The position numbers and the translations under genes were made by a program. Positions 10,245 through 20,330 of a DNA stretch of 64,000 nucleotides are shown here, piece after piece. The notes below the pieces were generated by a model. The model had not been told where the DNA came from and searched no databases. It worked only from the letters and a program-made list of their open reading frames with translations. This DNA is from Candidatus Latescibacterota bacterium (GTDB lineage Bacteria; Latescibacterota; UBA2968; GCA-2709665): contig OZ241917.1 in NCBI GenBank assembly GCA_965203805.1, forward strand, positions 2,560,001 to 2,624,000, in the 5' to 3' direction. Positions within the stretch are counted from its first letter, which is position 1. Every line of letters begins with the position of its first letter.

Positions 10245-13200
10245 ATGCGCTTTCGCGACCAGAGTCACATAGACCAAGTGCGTGAAGCCCTATGGAGACG
10301 TAACGGTTGCGCTTCCGTCATGATTGGAAGCGGATTCAGTAGGAATGCGCAAAATATCCGACCGGACGCACAAGAGCTTCCAACCTGGCGTGAAGTTGGA
10401 CGCGCGATTCACAATAAGCTTTATCAGCAAGAAGACTGTAGCAGCCTTGGGGAGGATATTGTCCAAACACCGGGTGCCGACAACATATTGAGACTTGCCC
10501 AAGAGTATAAGGCTTCATTCGGAAGGCCAGATCTGAACCGGTTTTTGAGACAACTCATCCGGGATGAAGACTACAAACCCGCATGCGCGCATTTAAGGTT
10601 GCTACGTCTTCCCTGGCGGAATATTTTCACCACGAATTGGGACACCCTGTTGGAGCGGGCGAGTAATTCTGTAGCACAATACAACTACAGCATTGTCCGA
10701 ACAATGAACGAAATTCCGCTGGCGTTTGAGAAACGAATCGTAAAACTGCACGGATCGCTTCCGGACTATTTCCCGCTAATAGTCACTGAAGAGGACTACC
10801 GGACCTATCCAGCGAAATTCGCTCCGTTCGTGAACACTGTGCAGCAGGCCATGATGGAGACAGTGTTCTGCCTGATCGGGTTTTCCGGAGATGATCCGAA
10901 TTTTCTCCGGTGGTCGGGATGGGTTCGAGACAATCTGGGTGACGCAGCGCCTAAGATATATCTGGCCGGATGGCTGGGACTGTCGACACACAGGCGCCGC
11001 ATGCTTGAAGATCACAACGTTGTTCCCATAGACCTCGCGCATCATCCGCAGGCGAATACATGGCAAGATCACCTGCGTCATGGCTTAGCTATGGACTGGA
11101 TCCTTTACACGCTGGAAAGAGGACGTCCATATGACACGATAGACTGGCCAGCGATGCGGACGTGGGAACATGAACCAATCCCTGATCAACTTGAGCCAAT
11201 TGTCAAGCTGGATCTTGCAGAACCGAAGAGTGAGGCGCTTACACTACCAACCGAGAAATCGAAGAATTCGTCGGATTCGGTGAGAGAGATTCTCGACGCC
11301 TGGAGCCACAACAGGCGCCTCTATCCAGGCTGGCTGATTGCACCAGCCAGCGTGCGACACGTGATGAGTTCAAACACTGACGATTGGGAACCCCACGTCT
11401 TGGACGTAAGCGATTTCGCGCCATTGAAAAGGCTCAATGCGATCTACGAGTTGGTATGGCGCCGAGAGATCTTATTGGACCCGATTTCTTCGAGACTTGA
11501 GTCCGCTGCCGTAAATGCTCTTAAACCAATTGACTGCCAGAGTCGTACCATAGATGGAACTGAAGATCAGGCTATTGACTGGGTTAACGTTGGAAAGGCA
11601 TGGCGCACCGTCGCGCTTGCTCTCGTGACGGCTGCTCGCCTCCGTTTCGATCACGACCTCTTCAAAGAGCGGATCGACGACTTATCATCCTATTTCCGAA
11701 ACGATCCAGACGTCTCGCAGCGGGTTCATCATGAACGCTGTCTGTGGGCATTGTATTCAATGGATTTTAACGCTTTGGAGAGCTTGCTCAATGACTGGCG
11801 GACGGAAGACTGCGACCCGGCATGGATGTTACGAAAAGCCTTGTTCTTCTTCGAAGTGAATCGAATCGACGAAGCATCTAAATTGTTTGACCGGTGTCTC
11901 TCGGCAATCCGGCGAATAAGAGAGGAAGAAGACGACCTCGCCGGTCCATCTCGCGAGGGTTGGGCTTTATGGATGAAAAGGGCACTTGAGTGGCGCAGAT
12001 GGCCGAGACGCGAGGACGAAGACCCGCCGTCAGACGAGCCGTTTCGCCGAAGATGGAGAAAATTGGCTGTGCTAAAATGCAGCGCTCTTGACGAGAGAGA
12101 ACAGTTTATCAACGATATGAAGGAAAGAGTGCAGGAATCAGGCGCACCGCCATTTGACCTCGGTGTCCGTACTCACCCCGGGCTTGTTTTTGCGAACGAA
12201 ACAGACAATCGATGGTTTGCGGCGCGGCGCGCCGTCAGACTTTGCGAGACAGCTGGATTGCCCAACTTCGGATCGGGTGTGCTTAAGTCAGCCATAAGTC
12301 ATTTGTTCAAAACGGAACCTGAACTGGCATTGTGTCTTGTTCTCCGAGCTTTAGACTACGATGAGGATCCCGTACTCAAACACGTCTTGTCTCGTACCAA
12401 CATTGCGAGGCTAGATGCCGAGACTGCGAATAGGCTGTCGGAAATGTGTGTCAAATCAACCGATTACGCTCGCCCGCGCCTGTTTAGGGCGGGCAAATAT
12501 CCACGAGACATTTTCTGGATTGAGCGGATGCGTGTCGCTATGGAGGTGTTGTCACGGCTAACACTTCGGCTATCGCCTAGCAAAGTAGAAAGGACTTTTG
12601 ATCAGGCATTGGAATATTACCGAGATCATCAGGTGGCTCAAGAACTGTGGCTGATGGGCCCCGTACGAAATCTACTGAATCGCTCGTGGGAGGCTCTACC
12701 GCAAGATCGACGCCAAGATCGAGTCCTTGATGTGCTGGGTGCGCCACTCTTAGGGTTGGGCAAATTTACGTCCGATTGGCAAAAATTCCCGACACCTGAG
12801 GAACTCCTCGATATTGAACTTCGACCACCTGATCGTACAAACGACAACGAAGTCCGCTGGCAAGAAATCGTCAAGCTTATCTTGCGGGGCCTTCTTGCCG
12901 GCGGTGTGGCACGCAAACGAGCGTCTCGCAGACTCGCTTCAGTAGCCTTTTGGAACCGTCTAGACCCAACCGAAGTCGCCGAAATCAGCGATGCTCTTTG
13001 GAACGAACAGTACACGCCCGCTGATGGTCTCCCTGGTGAAACCGAGCTCTTTGACTGGGTGTTCTTGTTGCTTCCCGAGCCGACACAAGGTTTGGCGGAA
13101 CACAACTTTCGCCGCAAGTGGCTCGTTGTCAGTGGTTTATCTCGGGATGAAAGACCCAGCCTTGACGATATAATCTGGCAAGTGGGCATAGCCATAGCTG

Positions 13201-14054
13201 GCTTGAAGGCACACGGTTATTCATTTACTTTATCGGACGAGGAGCAGTCCTATCTAATTCGCCTCGTTGGTGAATGGTCAACCAGACTTGTGCCTCCCCG
13301 TTTCTATCTCTCAATCGAGACCGAACACAGCAAATCCACTCGCCAAGCCGTCGACGGTCTTCGAACGGTCCTTTCTGAAGTCAAAATCCCTGAAGCTACT
13401 GCCGAGAAATTGTCCAAGAAAGTGTTGAAATTGAACGCGGACAGGATTCCCGCGTTCGGACTTACAGCCGGGCTCGTCAGGGCAATGCCGAACCGAATTG
13501 ACGATATCGCCCATGCGATGAGGACAGGGCTAGCATCCCAGGACGAATTACTCGCTAATAATGCAGCAGCAGGCTTATATCATTGGCTGACGACATCGGC
13601 TGAGGTCGTTTCGCAGGTCCAGCGCCCGCCAAACGACCTAGTTCGTGAGATCGGTATCATGATCGCCGCCCGTAGGAAGGGACCTCTTTCCCAGGCTCTG
13701 CAGATCGCGAAATGGGTGTTTGATGAGGGAAACGACGAACAGAAGGAGGATATTCGTCAGTTGGCGTTGGATGGTCTCGGTTATCTGCTTGAAGAGTTAC
13801 GGTACGACAGGGAGCATGATCAGGACGAAAAAATTGACATTCCGTTGCTGCGGTGGCGTAGCGCCCAACTTGCTCTATCAATGGCGAAGCACGGTTACAG
13901 AGATGACTCGACCATCTCCCGCTGGTTGGAGGTCTCCGGGGAAGATCCACTACCCGAAGTCCGATACGTTAATGATCCGCCTTATTTTCGTGGGCCTGAC
14001 AGCAAGGAGCGCGATGGCCACGATGAGGAAGGTACAGGGTCACTCGACGAGTAG
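10245..14054 (+). CDS. Large SIR2-domain protein (defence-associated sirtuin-like NADase)
   Basis: IGSGFS, FTTNWDTLLE, KLHGS, LIGFSGDDPNF followed by about 950 aa of helical sequence; RBS AGGAG. Confidence 0.88.
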   Translation: MRFRDQSHIDQVREALWRRNGCASVMIGSGFSRNAQNIRPDAQELPTWREVGRAIHNKLYQQEDCSSLGEDIVQTPGADNILRLAQEYKASFGRPDLNRFLRQLIRDEDYKPACAHLRLLRLPWRNIFTTNWDTLLERASNSVAQYNYSIVRTMNEIPLAFEKRIVKLHGSLPDYFPLIVTEEDYRTYPAKFAPFVNTVQQAMMETVFCLIGFSGDDPNFLRWSGWVRDNLGDAAPKIYLAGWLGLSTHRRRMLEDHNVVPIDLAHHPQANTWQDHLRHGLAMDWILYTLERGRPYDTIDWPAMRTWEHEPIPDQLEPIVKLDLAEPKSEALTLPTEKSKNSSDSVREILDAWSHNRRLYPGWLIAPASVRHVMSSNTDDWEPHVLDVSDFAPLKRLNAIYELVWRREILLDPISSRLESAAVNALKPIDCQSRTIDGTEDQAIDWVNVGKAWRTVALALVTAARLRFDHDLFKERIDDLSSYFRNDPDVSQRVHHERCLWALYSMDFNALESLLNDWRTEDCDPAWMLRKALFFFEVNRIDEASKLFDRCLSAIRRIREEEDDLAGPSREGWALWMKRALEWRRWPRREDEDPPSDEPFRRRWRKLAVLKCSALDEREQFINDMKERVQESGAPPFDLGVRTHPGLVFANETDNRWFAARRAVRLCETAGLPNFGSGVLKSAISHLFKTEPELALCLVLRALDYDEDPVLKHVLSRTNIARLDAETANRLSEMCVKSTDYARPRLFRAGKYPRDIFWIERMRVAMEVLSRLTLRLSPSKVERTFDQALEYYRDHQVAQELWLMGPVRNLLNRSWEALPQDRRQDRVLDVLGAPLLGLGKFTSDWQKFPTPEELLDIELRPPDRTNDNEVRWQEIVKLILRGLLAGGVARKRASRRLASVAFWNRLDPTEVAEISDALWNEQYTPADGLPGETELFDWVFLLLPEPTQGLAEHNFRRKWLVVSGLSRDERPSLDDIIWQVGIAIAGLKAHGYSFTLSDEEQSYLIRLVGEWSTRLVPPRFYLSIETEHSKSTRQAVDGLRTVLSEVKIPEATAEKLSKKVLKLNADRIPAFGLTAGLVRAMPNRIDDIAHAMRTGLASQDELLANNAAAGLYHWLTTSAEVVSQVQRPPNDLVREIGIMIAARRKGPLSQALQIAKWVFDEGNDEQKEDIRQLALDGLGYLLEELRYDREHDQDEKIDIPLLRWRSAQLALSMAKHGYRDDSTISRWLEVSGEDPLPEVRYVNDPPYFRGPDSKERDGHDEEGTGSLDE

Positions 14055-14183
14055 AGGGGAATTGATTCAGGTTGATTGTTGGCAATTACAGGTAGACAGT
14101 TGTTCGGGAAGTACCTGTCGATTTTTCTACTCATGAGGGTATCGACGCACCCGTTCGGTCGCGGGAAAACTCAAGGAGAAACC

Positions 14184-15101
14184 ATGGCTATTCCGGATTT
14201 CCAGTCAATCATGTTGCCGCTGTTAACAATGGCCGGTGATCGACAAATCCATCGACTCCGCGAAAGCGTGGCGATTCTTGCAAAGGACTTTAGATTGACG
14301 GAGGAAGAGACAACAGAGCTTGTACCAAGTGGTCAACAACCACGGTTTCACAATCGAGTCGCTTGGGCAAGAACGCACCTTAAAAAAGCCGGACTTTTGG
14401 AGTCTCCGAATCGGGGCTCTTTTCGTATCACGGACCGGGGTCTTGGTGTTTTGGCCAAGAGGCCTTCCCAGATAGACTCCGAATTTCTCAAGCAATTCGA
14501 CGAGTACAGGACGTTCCGGCAGCCTCGTCTTACGGGGACCGAATCGGCTGCAGCAAACGAATTGGACGACGATCTTGTTCAAGGACCCCCGGTGGAATTC
14601 CTTGATGAGGCATATCATGTGTTCAGACAGAACCTAGCGAGTGAGATTTTGGAAACCGTTAAAGGATCTCCCGATTGGTTTTTAGAAAAGCTCGTTGTGG
14701 ATCTGCTGGTGAAAATGGGTTACGGCGGCTCTCGGCAAGAAGCAGGTAAGGCCATTGGGCGCTCCGGAGATGGGGGCATAGATGGCATTATAAAGGAGGA
14801 CCGTCTTGGCTTGGATATCATTTACGTACAGGCTAAGCGATGGGAGAAGGATGTCCACAGACCGGAGGTCCAGAAGTTCGCGGGAGCACTTCAGGGACGG
14901 CACGCCCGCAAGGGGGTTTTTATCACAACGTCGGACTTCTCAACTGGAGCCTGTAAATACGCCGAGCGTATCGAGTCCAAGATCATCCTGATCCGTGGCG
15001 CCGAACTTGCCGAACTCATGATCGAACATGACGTTGGCGTGGTGACCGAGGCCACACATACATTGAAGAAGATAGATCCCGAATACTTTCCGGATGAATG
15101 A
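14184..15101 (+). CDS. mrr: Mrr-family type IV restriction endonuclease
   Basis: MAIPDFQSIMLPLL N-terminus, NRVAWARTHL, GDGGIDG..YVQAKRW; RBS AAGGAG. Confidence 0.95.
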   Translation: MAIPDFQSIMLPLLTMAGDRQIHRLRESVAILAKDFRLTEEETTELVPSGQQPRFHNRVAWARTHLKKAGLLESPNRGSFRITDRGLGVLAKRPSQIDSEFLKQFDEYRTFRQPRLTGTESAAANELDDDLVQGPPVEFLDEAYHVFRQNLASEILETVKGSPDWFLEKLVVDLLVKMGYGGSRQEAGKAIGRSGDGGIDGIIKEDRLGLDIIYVQAKRWEKDVHRPEVQKFAGALQGRHARKGVFITTSDFSTGACKYAERIESKIILIRGAELAELMIEHDVGVVTEATHTLKKIDPEYFPDE

Positions 15102-15274
15102 GGTTTTGTTCGGCTGGCGCAAATTCCGATCAGACGGAAAAACTCCTTGGGCAGCGTTTCCTAGGAATCACCCTCCTCCAACAATTCCACGACTTGCTAC
15201 GTTCCTGGGTGCGATACAACTTCGGGTTGAACTACCACTTACCTCAGACTGAACCGGGTATGTAAGGAGGAATT

Positions 15275-16300
15275 ATGACGATTCCTGAGCTTGCTGATGA
15301 ATTGAATCACCATTCATCCGAATACGAGATTGGCGATCTGCAAGAGCAGAGGGTCAATTTGCACGGCCTTAAGCGTGCTCCATGTCGCGGCATATTCGGT
15401 ACCCGAACTATCCACGAAGCGTACGCCTTTCATGTCGGAGGCAGAAAGGAGTTACAGTTCAACATCGGGCAAGAACTGATCGATGATGTCGAAGTGATCC
15501 GATATGGGGTTGCTTTTTCGCTTGAACTGAGCCAGACGCTTCCGCGACTTGATCCGTTATTTCCTAAGATTCAGCGATTCAACGAATACGTGATTGAACA
15601 CTTGGAAGACTATCCCAGTTTTATGATGTGGTACCACGACACCAACCGGGGATACATGAGCGAAGATTGTCCGGTTGGACAAATCGAAGTCGACTTGGTA
15701 AAGCCCGGAAACTTTATCATGTTGGGTAGAAGAGTTGCACAGGATGAAGTGGATGTTCGGGGTATCCTTGAAGGCTTCGACAGTTTGCTCCCACTGTATT
15801 ACTATGTCGAAGGATCAGCACAGAGTCCGGCGTTCACAATGGAGCCGGATTTCACCCCCGGCTGCCCGGACTTCATCGAGAGCACTACCGCTCGACATAG
15901 AGGAAAGACGGTGGATGTGGCTTTGCGGCATCAAACACTCCAGATGGCGTTGTATAAGCACCTTTGCCAAGAGGCCGGATACGAAAACGTTCAGATGGAG
16001 CGTCATCTGAATATCGGGGTCAGCGTTGACGGCGTCGTCCACCTAAATGGGAAACAGACATTCTATGAAGTGAAGGTCGCGTCGTCCGTACGATCATGCG
16101 TCCGCGCCGCAGTGGGCCAACTGATCGAATACTGCCACTGGCCTTCGGCTGACCGCGCGAGCGAAATGATAGTGGTTGGTGAAGCGGAGTCGGACTCAGA
16201 CAGCAAGGCTTACCTTGATCTTCTGCGCCAACAATTCGGCTTGCCGCTCTGGTATCGCCGCATCGACATGGAGAATGATGCTCTCGAAGGGAAGACATAG
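15275..16300 (+). CDS. Hypothetical protein with C-terminal PD-(D/E)XK nuclease-like motif
   Basis: VDGVV..FYEVK..AVGQLIEY; RBS AAGGAGG. Confidence 0.65.
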   Translation: MTIPELADELNHHSSEYEIGDLQEQRVNLHGLKRAPCRGIFGTRTIHEAYAFHVGGRKELQFNIGQELIDDVEVIRYGVAFSLELSQTLPRLDPLFPKIQRFNEYVIEHLEDYPSFMMWYHDTNRGYMSEDCPVGQIEVDLVKPGNFIMLGRRVAQDEVDVRGILEGFDSLLPLYYYVEGSAQSPAFTMEPDFTPGCPDFIESTTARHRGKTVDVALRHQTLQMALYKHLCQEAGYENVQMERHLNIGVSVDGVVHLNGKQTFYEVKVASSVRSCVRAAVGQLIEYCHWPSADRASEMIVVGEAESDSDSKAYLDLLRQQFGLPLWYRRIDMENDALEGKT

Positions 16301-16792
16301 GGCCAATGCTCGAAGTGGGGCACGCGCGGACGATGAGCCCAAAGTGCGATGGATCCGTCGCAACAGATTTTCAAGAGGAGGATCGGCATGCGAGCGATAA
16401 TTCTGTTGATTTGCACAATTCAGGTTTTCTGTAGTACAATCAAAGCGCAGCATCCCGACCCGCATAGGTTTCAACAAAGAGGCTTCATCAATTGGAATTG
16501 GCGAAAAATGCTGGTTTTCGCAGACATACTACAATCATAAGCCGTATTTTTCCGTGGAGTCATTAGAGGGTATACAAGGTCAGGAGGTCCGCGTTGTCAC
16601 CTTTGATAATCCGAAATGCATGCGCGACGATCTTTCAGGTTTTGACACCGATGTTTCACAAATGCTGAATCATCGAATGATGAGTCCACTCCGAAAAGTC
16701 GAGTTTACTTATTGGCAAAAAAGTACTAAATTCGAGGTATCGACAGGCTTCAGAGTCGCTGCCGTAGAATCGAAAAAAATGGCGAGGGCGAT

Positions 16793-18409
16793 ATGTTTAG
16801 AAGGAGTGCCCCTTCAAGTGCGCCGGATCTGTTTCGCAGTTTTGAGTCTCATCTCACAGGTCGGAAGCGGAACCGGCTCAATGATCCGTTGTGCTGGCAT
16901 AATCTGTTTTACGAGCACATCACGTCAAAGGTGGATGAGGATAACTTCCGTGTGGTGTATGCCGCTGACGTAGGGCGTCCTAATGCGCCGATTCGTCAGT
17001 TGGTGTCGATGATGATCATCAAGGAGGGTTTTGGGTGGAGCGATGCCCACCTTTTCGATCAATGTCGGTTCAACATCCTGGTGATGGGTGCATTGGGATT
17101 GGCGAATCTTACGGATGAAGTGCCTGTCGAGTCCACGTATTATCTGTTCAAGCAGGCGTTGTATTTGTATCAACTGGAGACCGGTCGCGACCTGATCGGC
17201 GAGACCTTTGCCAGCTTAACGAAGACGCAGGCCAAGGCCTTTGGTGTGTTGGGTCAGCAGATTCGAATGGACAGCCTGCCTGCGCCGGATACTCGGCAGG
17301 CAGGTAAGTTGATCGGCTCGAACATTGCGCTTTGTTGTCGGTTGCAGTTGGTGGTGGGTTGCGTACAAGGGTTCTGGAGGTCGTTGGACCAGGCCCAAAA
17401 ACAACGATCATCGGCAGCGGATCAGCAGGTTTTGGAGGCTCTGATCCAGGGGAAGCCTCATCAGGTTGTCTACGGTCTCACCAGTCGTGAAAAAGGCGAG
17501 AAGCTCCAGGAATTGGGGCTGTTATTGAGCAGGCTACAAGCGACCTATACCGAGAAGGACAGCGACCAATACGATCTGATCGTGCGTGTTTTTGGGGACC
17601 ACTATACGGTTTCATCTTCCCCCGAGGAGGTGCTGCCCAAGCCGCATGAAGCGATCTGTTCATCCTCGTTGCAGTCTGCCCATGATGAAGAGGCGGCCTT
17701 TCGCAAGAAAGGGAAGGACAAGGTGAAAGGGTATACGGTCAACCTCACCGAGACCTGTGATGAGGAGGGCCTCAATTTGATCACGGACGTTGACGTCAAA
17801 CCCGCGACGCGTCCCGACAATGCGTTTGTCCAAGGCGCCATACAGAGGACGCAACAGGTGGTGGGCGACGTCGTCGAAGTGTCAATGGATGGGGCCTATA
17901 ATGATCAATCCAACGCCGAGTATGCCGACGAAAACGACAAGCAATTCTTTTACAGTGGCCTGCAAGGAAAGCCAGGGCGTTTCCGTTATGAACGCACAGC
18001 AAAAGGCGTCACCGTCACCGATCAACAAACCGGAGAACTTCACATCGCCCAGGAATACAAACCGGGAAAATACAAAATCATCATCGATGGCAAAGCACGA
18101 TACTTTCAGGAACATCACATCGACACTTACCTCAGACGCAAACAGATGGAAGCCCTGCCTGACCCCATCAGAAAACGACCTGCCTGCGCCGAGTTCGCTG
18201 CCTCGCCTGCTTCAGCAGGCAGGTGCTCGGCAGGCAGGCGCAATAACGTCGAAGCCAGCATCTTCCAGTTGAGCTACTACACCAAAAATGGCAAGACGCG
18301 CTATCGCGGATACAGGCCACACCAACTGTGGGCGCGCTGTCGTGGCCTATGGGTCAACCTCGTTCGGATCCAAAACTACCTCACAACACCCTCGACGCTC
18401 CCCGCATAA
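16793..18409 (+). CDS. DDE transposase carrying two in-frame palindromic inserts
   Basis: GRPNAP, WSDAHLF, IRMDS, SMDGAY, RNNVE motifs. Confidence 0.88.
   Translation: MFRRSAPSSAPDLFRSFESHLTGRKRNRLNDPLCWHNLFYEHITSKVDEDNFRVVYAADVGRPNAPIRQLVSMMIIKEGFGWSDAHLFDQCRFNILVMGALGLANLTDEVPVESTYYLFKQALYLYQLETGRDLIGETFASLTKTQAKAFGVLGQQIRMDSLPAPDTRQAGKLIGSNIALCCRLQLVVGCVQGFWRSLDQAQKQRSSAADQQVLEALIQGKPHQVVYGLTSREKGEKLQELGLLLSRLQATYTEKDSDQYDLIVRVFGDHYTVSSSPEEVLPKPHEAICSSSLQSAHDEEAAFRKKGKDKVKGYTVNLTETCDEEGLNLITDVDVKPATRPDNAFVQGAIQRTQQVVGDVVEVSMDGAYNDQSNAEYADENDKQFFYSGLQGKPGRFRYERTAKGVTVTDQQTGELHIAQEYKPGKYKIIIDGKARYFQEHHIDTYLRRKQMEALPDPIRKRPACAEFAASPASAGRCSAGRRNNVEASIFQLSYYTKNGKTRYRGYRPHQLWARCRGLWVNLVRIQNYLTTPSTLPA
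17275..17304. repeat. 30-nt CCTGCCTG..CAGGCAGG palindromic element, in frame in the transposase
   Basis: Absent from the paralogue near 33050 (GACAG|TAAGTT). Confidence 0.92.
18179..18238. repeat. 60-nt nested palindromic element, in frame in the transposase
   Basis: 59/60 identical to 39399-39458. Confidence 0.92.
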
Positions 18410-18836
18410 GAGGGGCTTTCTTGTCCAAAACCCCCATACCACACACCCACAGCACCTTCACAGGTCGCCCCTGAGCCGGTACGCCCCACCTACACCGGAT
18501 CTCGTCGACACACACGAAATCACAAATTCCAACGCTGACCACTTACATCCGGCTCTCATTACCCCGTTTTCGGAGGGGACTCAATGATCAATTTGAGGAT
18601 ATCGAGTTGGTATTTGCAAACATACGTAAAAAGAGATGCAAAATTCGATGTCGACAACCTCCGTCCGAACGGAAAATACGAAGCCAGAGGCAAGTGCATT
18701 CAGTCAAAGACATACCCATCGAAAGGGATCGCGGTTGATTACGTTACTAACGGTCGAAGTATCACACATGTCTATCACACAATGGCACTGGCCGGGTGCG
18801 GAAGTGCCAAGTAGGGGAATCGTGCAAGTAACGTCA

Positions 18837-19527
18837 ATGAAGCGGGAGATTCTATCACAGCTTTATGCGCTCATCGAAACTGGCTGGCGACTGACAGAGT
18901 CATTTAAGCTGAATAGACTCGAATTCAAGTCAGACGCACCGGAAGCCGAGCTCAGAGCATTCGTCACGACATCGCTTGCTGCAATCGAACGGATCGTAGG
19001 TACGGGCAGTCATTACTACGAATGCATTCCGCAATAGCAAGAACGCCTTTTGTCTCCTCTTGCTGTTGACAGCTATCAATCAATCACCGGTCCAAACCTG
19101 CATTTGATCCCAACCGTGACAGGCGCACTAATCGCCATTCTCGATGCTGTTGGATCAAGGACTGCTGGAATCGCTTGAATCCAAATTGCGAACCAACATT
19201 CACGACGACTTTCTGGTACAGGCATCAGAGCTACTGCACGCCGATTTTCATGTTGCGGCAATGGTGCTCATCGGAGGCGTTCTCGAAAACCATTTATGAA
19301 AAATCGTCGTCTCATTCGGCCTTACGTTACCGAAGAAGGGAAGTATTTCAAATTACAACGACCTGCTTCGAGAGAATCCGTATAGTCAATCCGTGTGGCG
19401 CCGCATCCAATCCATCGGTGACCTGCGCAACGATGCGGCGCACGGCGAGTGTTCGACACTTGACCCCGAGGATGCCAAAGATGCCCATCGTTTCGTGCAA
19501 CGATTTGTCGCGGATCACCCGACGTGA
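18837..19527 (+). pseudogene. HEPN/DUF4145-like pseudogene
   Basis: AAMVLIGGVLENHL and LRNDAAHG motifs, broken by stops and frameshift. Confidence 0.65.
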
Positions 19528-19781
19528 TTACGGCTGGAAATCGTCAGACCGGGCGGGTTGCCCGCGTGCGTGAAGGAGCGGTTCGAAAAAAACAGAGAAA
19601 GAGGAGGAATCCCCGTTCCGATAGCTCTTCCGGCGCACGCGTACGGATATCGATCTAAGGCCACTTCCGAGCAACTCAACAATCGAGTTTATGTGAACCA
19701 CGGATAAAAATAGGGCACAAGGCGACGAATTCTGGCGTGATGTGGAGGAGCAACCCAGGCCGAAATACGGAGGGAAAGATA

Positions 19782-20180
19782 ATGATCGAAATCAGTGAGA
19801 ATTACTGGGAAAACATGATTGGTGTTCTGTTGGCGTTCGCGTTGCTGGCTTTGACGATCGAACGAGCGCTCTACCAGGTCTTCGACTCGAAACTCTGGGG
19901 ACTCATCGAAAGAAAATTGGATGAGCAGGTAGGTGGTGATTACCTGGACCTGAAGCCCTGGATTTCTGTGGCTGTCTCGGTGATAATCACCTTTCGCCTA
20001 CAAGTGGACTTCATCGCGGTCGTCCTTGAAAGACAAAACGTTGAATTCCTTTCGATGGTACTAACAGGATTGTTTATTTCCGGTGGAAGTACGGGAATCT
20101 ACAAGTTCCTGAAGCGCGCGAGGAAACTCAAGGACGCTGCGGTACCCACCTCCGCCGCTTCCGGCGGCGACTCCCCCTGA
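19782..20180 (+). CDS. Small 3-TM membrane protein (holin-like)
   Basis: Three hydrophobic segments, TGLFISGGS, basic tail; RBS GGAGG. Confidence 0.6.
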   Translation: MIEISENYWENMIGVLLAFALLALTIERALYQVFDSKLWGLIERKLDEQVGGDYLDLKPWISVAVSVIITFRLQVDFIAVVLERQNVEFLSMVLTGLFISGGSTGIYKFLKRARKLKDAAVPTSAASGGDSP

Positions 20181-20330
20181 CGGGGGCAGTGATTGTGAGG
20201 TGAGTGCGCGCCAGCCGGTGTCGAATGCCTCCACAGAGTGGAGTGATCCCGAGGTGTCGCTGGGCGGCTCGTTCACAGTGCTGTTCAACCCGGCTGATCG
20301 ACTCGTCACTTGTATGCGGCGTCCCAATCC

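Larger units (their letters stand above)
16682..18582 (+). mobile_element. Complete IS (IS4/IS5/IS1182-like DDE), 1901 bp
   Basis: TIR GAGTCCACTCCGAAAA / TTTTCGGAGGGGACTC (15/16); 6-bp TSD AATGAT at 16676-16681 and 18583-18588. Confidence 0.92.
16388..18814 (+). pseudogene. Degraded secreted-protein gene split by an IS
   Basis: Signal-like MRAIILLICTIQ; removing the IS and one TSD joins ..QMLNHRM to INLRISSW.. in frame; additional frameshift upstream. Confidence 0.5.
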
